A stretch of 64,000 nucleotides of DNA from positions 3,100,001-3,164,000 of the forward strand of contig JAUPSS010000002.1 of assembly GCA_040285825.1 (NCBI GenBank), in the 5' to 3' direction. Positions 38,784-49,539 of this stretch are shown here, one piece after another (position 1 is the first letter of the stretch; each line of letters starts with the position of its first letter). The notes beneath the pieces were generated by a model, which ran no database searches, was not told the origin of the DNA, and saw only the letters and a program-made list of their open reading frames with translations. The DNA is from Eukaryota sp. TZLM1-RC (Eukaryota; Protista; Metamonada: BaSk clade). A program made the translations under genes and the position numbers.

Positions 38784-40199
38784 CAATTCGATTTGTTCTA
38801 TTGATTTAAACAAATAAAGAATGGATGTTACGTTTTACTAATATGATTCAACGCTCAAAAGACATTCTTTTTCCATAAACTTAGTGAGGTTAATGACAAC
38901 AACAACTCATGAATTATTAGCGAGTATCATAAATAAACTTAGTAAATGAAAAATTTGTACTGAATAACATTACTTGAGATACAAGAATTTTATAGAATGA
39001 TTTTGTCAAGCATGTTTTCACAATAAGTCATTGCTACACAGCAATATGGCTTACAAACTATATATTAAACCGTGAAAATGTAAACGTAGAAGCGGTAACA
39101 CAGAATTTGATTTGTATATTTAGTCATTTAATTATTGGTTTCCCGAACTCGCCATTTTGTATAAAATTTCTATTTTAGGAATAGCACACTTTTAAAAATG
39201 TTTTCCTGAATTTGACACATATGGTTGAAATAAAAGAACAAAGAAGATCTATTTGGGAACGGATTTCCGATTTCAATCCAATTGGAGAGCTGGGGAAATC
39301 TCCTGTAGGGTGAAGTTGTTCTAAGAAGTTCTAAAGGGAAGGGTAATGAGACCCCTGTGGCATGCTGTTGGTTGGACAATTTGGACAACGGTTCATTCTA
39401 TCTTTCGATTTTGAAGTTTTCAGCCTTTGAAACAGCACTATGAAGTGGTTCTAGAAGTGTACATCCCATTTGCATCGCTACTCATTGCGAGATGCTGGTG
39501 TGGATTATCTTCGCGATATCGCTAATTTCCATTCTGTGGAACAAAGACAGCTTATGTCTATCTGCTATCGTATTATCATCTCATTGGAAGAAACACTATT
39601 TGTATGTGCCCCATCTTTCCCCACTGAAGTCAAAGAGTTAACCCCTCGTAGCAGACTGATCAGCTCTATGTGGCTCAGAGCTTTCGGTTTTCGTGAAGAC
39701 ATCCCTTACGTCCACATTGTATTCGATGGGAATCTGATTTATGCACTCAGGGAAGTCCGAGAATGTGACAACATGGTATATGATGTTACCTACATGATAA
39801 AAGGACGAAAGCACACATGAAATATGGATAAATTTCGACATTCTTCGTGGTTGGATTTCCCATATTCTCTGGAGAGAATGTGGCTGGGTGTTAGAAGTTA
39901 ACACCAATAATCAGTGTCTCAGTAGGAAGAATATGTTAACTGAAATCAACGAATTTAGGGATCAATTTACATGTTTCTTTCTATTGTGTTTGTGGAAGTT
40001 TTGAACCTTAAAAAACTCAAACATTGTCTGGAAGGATTGATAACTCAATAAGTAACACACACATCATTGTTTGAACATTATGTGTTTAAAATTGAAAAAT
40101 TGAACTAGTAAATTGAACCAATATTCGACAACAGCTTGAACATATTCATAAATTAGACAAATTGCTAAACAATGAATTGAAATTCAAAAACATTAACAC

Positions 40200-40567
40200 A
40201 AGTTTCTACATTAGTTGATGGTATTGAAATTCAAGCCAAGTTATAATCAACTGATGCTATTCGTCATTTGAGTTTTTTAAGAATTAATGATGAAGTTGCC
40301 AAAGAATTGTTTGACAAGTTGAATTTAATTTTTGGCAAAATTGATCAAATGATGAAATTGGATGTACAGAAACATATCAAATTTACCATTATAAAACTTT
40401 GTTTCAATTCCGACTTTAATCATATATTTCAATCTACAAAACCTCTTATCACTAGCCATTTGGCCCAAAAATTCAATGAATTACGGGTAAAAGTTTTGCC
40501 ACAATTACTAAAATGTAAAATGTCCCAAATTCCTGATCATCCTTATCTGACTAATAATGCTTGCTAA
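40200..40567 (+). mobile_element. Non-LTR retrotransposon fragment (post-RT region)
   Basis: Homologous to 47030-47360 (AIRH.GSFLRINDE.AK.LF.KL) and to the 42410-42817 region. Confidence 0.65.
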
Positions 40568-40962
40568 TGTCAATCGATTCAACTAACCAACAAATGATGT
40601 TTCAATTTTTATCATTGCAGAACTAAAGAATTAAGTGAATGAATTAAATATAATCAAATTTTGAAACTGTCTTTAGAAGAGCTTCTGTTGCAACGACTAT
40701 GATATAGGTGATATTGACTCTGATTGAATGGATAACTCTGACACTTGTTGATTATGTTTCCGGTGTTGTTACCAGTAGCGCTCTGGTTATGGCATCGAAA
40801 AAAACGAATCAGTGCGTCAAAGATGACTTTTTGGTTCACTGAATTTGGTCTTTATGAATTAAACGTCATGTACTCATGTAAGACGAACAGACATTGTTCT
40901 GCAGTTTTTAACAAGGATTTCACCAAAGACATCTCCAATACTGAGATTAAAACTCCCCTTAC

Positions 40963-41607
40963 ATGCAACAGACTGATTTGCACGTCTATGAAAGTGACCA
41001 TATCAAAATAACGTTTGATAAACTTCGCTGCACTCACGTTGGAGAATGCGTTCGAAACTTGCCCCAAGTATTCAACCCACTGAGTCGCCCATGGATTGAT
41101 CCCGCTAAAGCAGATCCTGAGGAAGTAGCCGATGTGGTAGAACGTTGTCCAACAGGTGCACTACACTACGTTATGACCGAACGCAAGGAGAAACCAGCGC
41201 GACCATGTCAAGTCCGCATTGCCTCAAATGGTTCCATCTATCTGAAAGGACGGTTTAAGCTACACGACCCTGAAACATTGCATGACATTGAAGATACTAG
41301 GTTTGCATTATGTAGGTGTGGGAGGTCAGAGCATCAGCCTGCATGTGACAATCAACACAAGAGGACAGGATTCAAATCAGAACTGTCTCGGGATTCTATA
41401 CAACCAACAGAAGCAGCAGACGTTGCACAATTCAGCAAATTGAATGTGTTGTTAGTGAATGAGGGACCTGCTGTTATGAACGGTAGCTATCAGCTAAGTG
41501 TTGAAGATGGTTATGTGGTATCTTCAGACAAGACCCTTGTTCTCTGTAGATGTGGAAGGTCTTTGGTAAAGCCATATTGTGATGGAAGTCATGACGGTGG
41601 TCCATAA
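40963..41607 (+). CDS. Fe-S protein: Fer4_19-type (4Fe-4S) domain plus two CDGSH domains
   Basis: CTHVGECVRNLPQVF...RPWIDP...CPTGAL; LCRCGRSEHQPACDNQH; LCRCGRSLVKPYCDGSH. Intronless. Confidence 0.9.
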   Translation: MQQTDLHVYESDHIKITFDKLRCTHVGECVRNLPQVFNPLSRPWIDPAKADPEEVADVVERCPTGALHYVMTERKEKPARPCQVRIASNGSIYLKGRFKLHDPETLHDIEDTRFALCRCGRSEHQPACDNQHKRTGFKSELSRDSIQPTEAADVAQFSKLNVLLVNEGPAVMNGSYQLSVEDGYVVSSDKTLVLCRCGRSLVKPYCDGSHDGGP

Positions 41608-41839
41608 CTGCCCTGATAATGTGCTTGCAATGATGATCTGTCATGTTTAAGCTTTTAATTGTAATTACTCTTCGATCAAAATGATCACATTGATGTCAAT
41701 TTAAAAATCGTCATTTTTCAGCTAGAGGTAAAAGCAATACATCTTATCTGGTAATCAGAGGAGATGAGTTCAAAAGGTAAGTAAAATAGTTTCTAAAAAC
41801 AAAAATATTGTTAATATTGTTTATAATAATATTGTTTTA

Positions 41840-42170
41840 CTTAGTACTAATGGTCATCTAAACAAGGCTGAAGATCGTAAGAGAGATAAATATACTGAGA
41901 TATTAAATCATTTAAATAAGAACCTTTATTCGAAGTTTTCGTTTGTTCCTTTTGCCTTTTCGATTTCTGGCAACATTGCTGGTAAGAATTTTGCAGAGAA
42001 TTTATGGAAAAATCGTATCATTTTCGCTTTGTACAGAAGTGTTCCCAAGTACTTGAGTTTAATGATGTCCAGACTTTATAAGGATTCATCAAGAGTTGGC
42101 GTGGAGAATTTAGTTTCTTATGTGTTTTAGTTTGTTTTGTTTTTATTTGCTTCTTCGTAGAAAATAAATA
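41840..42170 (+). mobile_element. 3' terminal fragment of RLE non-LTR element
   Basis: Close paralogue of 43652-44020. Confidence 0.75.
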
Positions 42171-42304
42171 ATTAGAATTCAAAAATATTGTTTATGAATT
42201 GTCTATATGTATATTGTTTTGTTTATATGTTGTCCCGCATCTTCATTTCCCAAAAAATGAGAATGAAAAATAAATAAAATAATATAAGGAGATATATAGA
42301 TATA

Positions 42305-44020
42305 TAGGGAGATCCTTTGGGTCCATTCTTCTTTTGCTTAGCACTTCAATCAGTTTCAGTAAAATTTAAGATGATTCCTGACATTCATTGATGTGCTTAT
42401 GCGGAGGATTTGTCACTTATTGGTCCTTTGTCCCTTTTACAGCAAAGATTACAACATTTTGTCATTCTGTCCCAACAAATTGGGTTAGATATTAAATTGC
42501 CCGAATGTTTCATTATTGGTGATCAGAATGTTAAGGTAGCCTTTAATGAGACATTCATCAGATTCATTGATTATGAAGCAGGTGCAATTCGTTTTTTTGG
42601 CTCCTATTTTGGAAACAATGAAAAGATTAAATCGAATTTGACATGTATTTTGGAAAAAAATGAAGAGCAACTTTTGGCTATTCAAGAGTTAAAAATTGAC
42701 AAGCATTTAGTGTTTTCCGTCCTCAATGTGTGTTTTGGATCAAAAATTAATCACCTTCTTCGTTCTTTATCCCCTACAATTTCACATGATTTTTCACGTC
42801 AATTCAATGCTTTGTGATCTAATTTTTTGAGGTAATTTGGTGGAAATATGTCCGTCAATTGCTCATCATACATTTTTTAGTCCTAAATTTGCTGGAGTTG
42901 GTTTTTCAAAAGCAGAGTATTTATGCAAAAGTGCTTTCATTGGTGGTATGAATAATTTTCTTTTTGTGTGGAAATTACGGTTTGATGAGATTCCTTTGAA
43001 TGAATCACATCCTTTATTGAAGTCTCTCGAAAACATGGTGCACGAACTGCCTATCGATGTGTGGAATGAGTGTTTCCTTCTGTTCCTTCGAGATCTTTCA
43101 CCAATCTTCATCTTGCTGTTGTAAAATTACAGAAGTCTGTTCTAATTGGTTTTGAAGACCTGGATTTTTCTAAACGACTTAGTGTGACTAAGATTAATAA
43201 TCCCGTCTTTGCTGCCTTTTAATCAGACATTCAGCATTGCACTAGTTTAATATCTCAGCAACCAAGGCCATTTGGTCTTCACTTAACAAATGAAGCTTGG
43301 AAACAAAAAATGCGGTTGAGATTGGGGCTGTATCCAGGTGGTCTTTTGGATAATTCTGTTTGTATTTGTAACGAAAAACCTACTGCCAATTTCCGTCATA
43401 TTGTCAGTTGTCAGAAATTCCTTCAATATCGGTCAGTTCTTCATAATGCCGTCCGTAATGTGACATATGAGATGTTCAAATGTTACAATTTTAGTTGCAA
43501 AGTAGAACCATTGTTGAAGCATTATAGCGATAATAATCTGTTTAATTCACGTCGAGGTGATTTAATTGCTCCTTTTGTGGATTCTTCTCAAGTTGTTTTT
43601 GATTTTACTACAGTTGATCCCTTTGCTTCAATTTATCGTGATGATGTTTTAGTTAGTTCTAATGGTCACTTGAACAAGACTGAGGTTCGTGAACGAGAAA
43701 AGTTTGCTGTGCCATTAAATGATTGAAATAAGAACCTTTACTCGAAGTTTTCGTTTGTTCCTTTTGCCTTCTCGATTTTTGGCAACATTGGACAGTCTGC
43801 CTTGAATTTATCAATGATTTTGGTAATTTATGCCGTTCAAGTGGCAAGAATTTTGCAGGGAATTTATGGAAGAATCGTATCATTTTTAGAAGTGTTCCCA
43901 ATTACTTGAGTTTAATGATGTCCATGCTCAACAAGGATACTTCAAGAGTTGATGTGGAGAATTTTGTTTCTTATGTTTTTTAGTTTGTTTTGATTTGTTT
44001 TGTTTCTTCGTAGAAAATTA
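42305..44020 (+). mobile_element. 5'-truncated, decayed RLE-type (CRE-like) non-LTR retrotransposon
   Basis: GDPLGPFFFCLAL, AYAED (YxDD), KINHLLRS, CIC...HIVSC, HNAVRN, VEP, RRGD, VFDFT, LWKNRIIF. Confidence 0.85.
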
Positions 44021-44151
44021 AGATATTTAACCCAAAACAATTCAATTTTCAACAAATAATATAATATATAAAATATAAATATAAATATGTATTATAAGTT
44101 GAAATAAAGTAAATAACTTTATATAAATACTAAAAACCACCAAAAAAAACC

Positions 44152-46356
44152 TCACTGTCTCAACATAACGGTACTTTCCCAAACTAATTCACCATCAACA
44201 TCATTTAAAACAAAGAATCCAAGTCTCTCAAACTGATACCTTGCACCAACGCTTTCTTCCTTCAAACAAGCCTCCCCTCTTGCATTGTAGTGTTGTAAGC
44301 TATTCTCATCAACCAACTTCAGCCACTCAGCATCTGGTAGAGCTCCAGGATTCTCAATATCACCCTTAAACAATGAAGAGTAGACATTAACACTGAGATT
44401 GACACTTTCATCAGAAACCCAATGAATGGTGACTTTAGTTTTGGTCTCTTTAGGAAGTGATTCACAACAGATAGACTCTACCACTCCATTCTTCTCGGTA
44501 TAATCAATGCACCTGACAACACCCAAACCACGCAAACGGACAGTTTTTCCTGGAGCGAGGCGGAAAAAGCCAGGTTCAGGGTTAGTTTTGAAATCAGAAT
44601 TTTCGATATAAACAGTTGATCCTGACTTGACAACTCTTGATCCCCTTTCTGAAATTTTGGGGTGGTTCTGGAGAGTTACAGTTTCGGAAAGATGACATTC
44701 ATCATCCTTGATAACGACCTTTACAGGGTTTAAAACTACCAATCTACGGTCACAATCCTCATCCAATTCTGACCTAATGACGTGATCAATCAATTCTGGT
44801 CTGATTGTATTTGACCCCCTAGAAACAGAAACTAGCTCACAAAACTTTCTAATAATTGATGGAGTTACCCCTCTTCTGGCAAGCCCATTCAATGTGTAGA
44901 GACGAGGATCAGAAAAAGAGGTCAAAATTCCCTCTCCAATCAATTTATTGATCCTTCTTTTTGACATTAAAGCACCATGAATGTTTAATCTCGAAAACTC
45001 CCATACTAAAGGACAATAACGATCTAGAGCATTTAAAAGCCAATAATACGAATCTCTTCTAATTTGAAATTCCAAAGTACAGAGAGAATGAGTTATATCT
45101 TCATATGAATCAACCAGACAATGAGTGAAATCATAAGAAGGATAAATGCACCATCTGTCCCCGCTCTGAGGATGGGGGGTGTACTTGATCCTGTAAGCTA
45201 CCAAATCCCTTAAACAAGGGTTGTCAGATGTCATGTTCATTTTCATCCTGAGAACAGCTTCTCCTTCAGCAAATCGACCTTGTCGCATCATTTCAAATAA
45301 CTTTAGGTTTTCTTCAACAGAACGATCTCTATATGGGGAGTTTGTCTTTGTCTCACGAAGCTTAGCAAACTCATCACCAGTTAAATGATCCACATAGGCC
45401 TTGCCCCGTCTAATCAACTCGACTGCATCATTATAGAGTCGATCAAAGTAATCAGAGCTGTGTGTAATCTTACTTGGAGAGAATCCTAACCACTCAACAT
45501 TAGCAATAATGTTCTGGAAAAACTCAGTTTTTTCGGCTTCAGGGTTAGTATCATCAAATCTTAGAATGCATTCCCCCTTAGCCTTCTCTGCCTCCCCAAA
45601 GTTCAAGCACATACTCTTAGCATGACCGATATGGAGGTACCCGTTGGGTTCAGGTGGAAAACGAGTGATAACACGGCCTCCGGTTCTTTTGAGGTGATCG
45701 TCAAGGTTTTGAGGAGAGTTGAGGGAAGTGTTCTCCGAGGGTGCAGGGAAACGTGGTCGGTCAGATACTTCGGGGATTACAACATTTTTGACCTCTTCCA
45801 AGACTTCTGATGACTTCTTGGTTGGTTTTGACTTGGCTTTGGCCCTGTCCTTGGCTCTCTTGGCAGTCGTTGTACTCTGTCGTTCTTCTTCTGTTAACGG
45901 GCCGATCAATGCGGCTATCTGGTCATCCATGGCCTTCTTCAGCTGACGACCATCTACCCACGGAAGACGGTCCTGGATAGATGTACGGATGGGCAGAGTG
46001 TTGTAGGCGTAGCGTTGAGTTTGAAGCTGGGAGGCATGCTCGGCAATAACTTCCTTGGCTGTGGCCTGAACTTGGTCATCGGTGTAAGTAACGCCAACAC
46101 CACAGTTATGTTCAAATTGAGACTTGGCTTCAGGAGATGAAAGGTCTACTCCCGAAGAAACGAGACGACATGCTTCAGTGACTTGCTCTGAACGGTTGAG
46201 TTTGCCATCTAGACATAGTTGGAGAATGTAGTCCTGGAAGGGTGTTTCAGGAAGAGATTTGTGAAGGACATGAAGTCTAACACGAGTGGGGTTGTCAAGC
46301 TCGGATGGGTCAACGTTGAAGCGCTGGGCAACAGCTTTGTCAGCCTTGGACGGCAT
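44152..46356 (-). CDS. QARS1: Glutaminyl-tRNA synthetase
   Basis: TRFPPEPNGYLHIGHAK, RFDDTNPE, ITHSLCTLEF, MSKR, YQFERLGFF, with eukaryotic N-terminal extension. Confidence 0.96.
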   Translation of the reverse strand: MPSKADKAVAQRFNVDPSELDNPTRVRLHVLHKSLPETPFQDYILQLCLDGKLNRSEQVTEACRLVSSGVDLSSPEAKSQFEHNCGVGVTYTDDQVQATAKEVIAEHASQLQTQRYAYNTLPIRTSIQDRLPWVDGRQLKKAMDDQIAALIGPLTEEERQSTTTAKRAKDRAKAKSKPTKKSSEVLEEVKNVVIPEVSDRPRFPAPSENTSLNSPQNLDDHLKRTGGRVITRFPPEPNGYLHIGHAKSMCLNFGEAEKAKGECILRFDDTNPEAEKTEFFQNIIANVEWLGFSPSKITHSSDYFDRLYNDAVELIRRGKAYVDHLTGDEFAKLRETKTNSPYRDRSVEENLKLFEMMRQGRFAEGEAVLRMKMNMTSDNPCLRDLVAYRIKYTPHPQSGDRWCIYPSYDFTHCLVDSYEDITHSLCTLEFQIRRDSYYWLLNALDRYCPLVWEFSRLNIHGALMSKRRINKLIGEGILTSFSDPRLYTLNGLARRGVTPSIIRKFCELVSVSRGSNTIRPELIDHVIRSELDEDCDRRLVVLNPVKVVIKDDECHLSETVTLQNHPKISERGSRVVKSGSTVYIENSDFKTNPEPGFFRLAPGKTVRLRGLGVVRCIDYTEKNGVVESICCESLPKETKTKVTIHWVSDESVNLSVNVYSSLFKGDIENPGALPDAEWLKLVDENSLQHYNARGEACLKEESVGARYQFERLGFFVLNDVDGELVWESTVMLRQ

Positions 46357-46419
46357 TGGTGGAGGTGAGAAAGAAGGATTAAACCATCACAATTTCAAGC
46401 ATAAATCAATTTAATTGGA

Positions 46420-47650
46420 CGGATGTTCATCCAATTGCAGTTTCTGAAACTCTGCACAACATTTTTTTCTGCTTGCTGTTAAAGAGATTCAAAGAAAAAG
46501 CAAAAACAAATTGTTGTAGTTCTAATACGGAATTAATACCACTGCTGGAGTTGCTTCTGTTTGCTACAGATGTTTTATTTTAACCAAGATGAATCCAATG
46601 TGGGTATGTGGTAGGATGTTAGTAATGCCTTAATTCAATTCATCGGTGCAGCATTCATTGCGCTTCAATGAATTACTTTCCTGAATTAATGCTCTATTTT
46701 CCAACAATATATTGCACCCATTCTGATTTGGATTTTGCCAATTCTATTAGGAAATTTTCATGTGGTGTAAAGCAAGGAGATTCTTTAAGACCTCTTTTGT
46801 TTTGTCTAGTCATTCATCCAATTTTGTTGATAAATCTAACACTGTTGCCTTCCTCAAATATGATTGCTTCTATGGAATACGTTGGTCTTATAGGTGACTT
46901 AAATATTGTGAGAGAAGCTCTGTATGTTTTATGAATTATTCAACAATATTGGCACAACAACATCATATCGACTCAACTTACTTAAATCCATTTTACTTTC
47001 AACTTCTCTAGTTTCGAAAATAGCTGATGGTAATGAAATTCAAACCAAGTTGTATTCAACTGAGGCTATTCGTCATGTGGGTTCGTTTTTAAGAATTAAT
47101 GATGAAATTGCCAAAAAATTGTTTAACAAGTTGTATTTAATTTCCGAAAAAGCTGACTAAATTGGATGTACCACAACATATCAAATCTAACCATTTTGAG
47201 ACTTTGGTTTAATTTCTAACATTGAAAATGTATTTCAATATACAAAATCCTCTTATCTCTAGGACCTTGGTCCCGAAGTTTAATGAATTACGTGCAAAAG
47301 TGTTGTCAGAATTACTAAAATGTAAAATGTTCCAAATTTCAGATCATGTCTATCTTAGTCCACATTATGGCCGATTAGGTTGTACAAAAACCTCAATTCT
47401 TACTTCGTGTGCTTTCATCGGTTGATGCAGAAATGCAATATTCCACACAGTTACGCACATATTACGCACAGTTCTACAATTTTCGCATTAAATGAAGAAA
47501 ATTCAAAGATTCATGTAGACAAATGGAATCGATACTTTTCTAATCATTTAATGGTAATTTACGCGAAAAGAATGATATTAATTCAACAAATTGCTCTTCA
47601 AACATTACAGAAACGACTGACTGAAATGTATGAAATTTATCTTTAAAAAA
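46420..47650 (+). mobile_element. Decayed non-LTR retrotransposon RT region
   Basis: DV.PIAVSE, GVKQGDSL.PLLFCL, LSPHYGRLG. Many stops. Confidence 0.75.
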
Positions 47651-48134
47651 TATACAGCTTGGCTGTTTTCAATCAAGGTCTCCACTTGATGTTATTGCAA
47701 AAAAGTGTTTGTGAAAATCAGTCATCAGATACTGTTAATAATATATCAAAACTGACTTGGTGAATTTATAGATGAATTATGAGATTTTGTTTGCTAGTTG
47801 AATACTTTTTGACTGGGTTTCCACAATCCGTTGCTGATTGATTAGGATTGATTGAGTTGATGTGTATCAGATTAGGAAAATTACCTGTCCTGCTATTCCG
47901 GTTGCCGTTATTGATCGGTCTGTGAAGAATCGTACTCAAATGGGTCCGTTTAGTCTCAGTGGGGGATGTGTGTGATAATATGTCCTCTATTGTTTTGGTG
48001 TTCTATACAGGTCTATATGGACCTTTTCCTTTATGTCTTCTAAAACGGCCTCTGTGATCTCTAAATCTAAATCTATTTACACGTCTAGCTCGGCCATCTC
48101 GGCCCCTTTCTACACTATCTCTACTAACAGGCAC

Positions 48135-49250
48135 CTAAGATTCTCCTAAATTGAATCTTTCTTCTTTGAGAACTTGGCTTCCAGCACAACGAGACGTTGA
48201 TAGGTCTTCCCTCAGCCATTGTCTAAATTCTGGTTTTTTAGTGAACGAGCTACCTTGTTGTTGGATGTAGTTGTTGGGACGATTCCTATACGTGAATACT
48301 GAAGCTCGTTCCGTATGAATGCTATTTACTGAATCTGCGTCAAACCAAGGTGATTTTGGCTTGAATTTTTCCAATTTGCTACTATCATTTTGCTCCATAT
48401 ATTCTCTGAAGAATGTGGAAGCTCCCTCCGTCAACTCCGTATAATTGAGAATCTCAGTATCAATTCTGAAATCGAACCGGACAGGCAAATTGGATTGTAT
48501 GATTCTTCCGAGTCAGTCCTACTTCTCTGCTCCATGTAGAGAAACATTACTCTTCTGTCATGGTGGTCTAATTAAGAGCCCATCCAATCAAATTTGTCCT
48601 TGATACCAAGAGTCATGATCGCTTTAATTTTATTGTCCATACCAGAAAGTTTGAGACGTCGCTCTGCGTTACGTCGGAAAGTCTCTCTGCTTGTTTCGTC
48701 CAGAGCTTTGATGAGCTCAATCCTTTCATTTGTGGAAATTTTCAGTACCCTTTGGATGTCCCCAATCATACCGAGGGTCTGGAAAACTACGTTTCTGCCT
48801 CGTTTTGGAATGGAGCTCCATAGAGGAGGAAGCTGCCCGAACGGATAGAAAGCTGTAGGTTCGAGGTAGGCTTCCGCATCTTCTTTTAAAAACTTATAAA
48901 ATTCCTCTGTTGAGTGGTCTTTCCCTTCCATATCCTCTAATTGAGATTGGAGTTCGTCGTACTTTCCTAAGGGAGAAGATGGGTGAGATTTTCATCCGTT
49001 TCCTTGCTAACAGATTCTATATTTGGGAGGGGAGAGGGAGTTGGGTCCGTTCTCGTAACCTCCATTGACAAATCCTTTTTCTCGAGGGGGAACCAAGTTC
49101 GTTCTCGTAACCTCTGTTTGGTCAACTACTCTTGTGAAAGGAGGGACCTCGTCGCCCCCTTCATGTTTCTCTTTAGTTAAAGAGGAGGTGAAATTGTCTC
49201 GTTGTCCTTATGAATTCCTGGTGTTAGTTGTGAAGGATCCTGCAACATGA
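48135..49250 (-). pseudogene. Diverged ORF1 fragment of the 79-bp-LTR Gypsy family
   Basis: EDAEAYLEPT, KRGRNV, NYTELTEGA, PWFDAD and HTER match the ORF starting at 61420. No LTR recognised nearby. Confidence 0.85.
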
Positions 49251-49539
49251 TAAGTGTTGTTTGCTGAGTCTCAGAGATAACCCGTGCTGGTTTTTTTGAC
49301 CTGAAAAGATATCTTTGTTGGTAAGATAATGATGATCGCCGAAAAGAAAAGTGAATAATTCACCTTTACAATTCAACCATCCAAAACACTTGCTTTACAT
49401 AGGATATCATTTAAATTCAACTTAAAAAATTATTAAGACAAAAAACTATTTATTAATAAATAAATTGATCCCATACATCACAAAACATTAAACACAAATA
49501 AAAATAAAGATAAAATCAAAAAAAAAACAAAGATTAAAG

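Noticed and set aside
39440-39960. 116-aa ORF 39470-39820 and neighbouring coding-like sequence
   Set aside because: No recognisable motif, no ATG start, and flanking stops suggest a relic.
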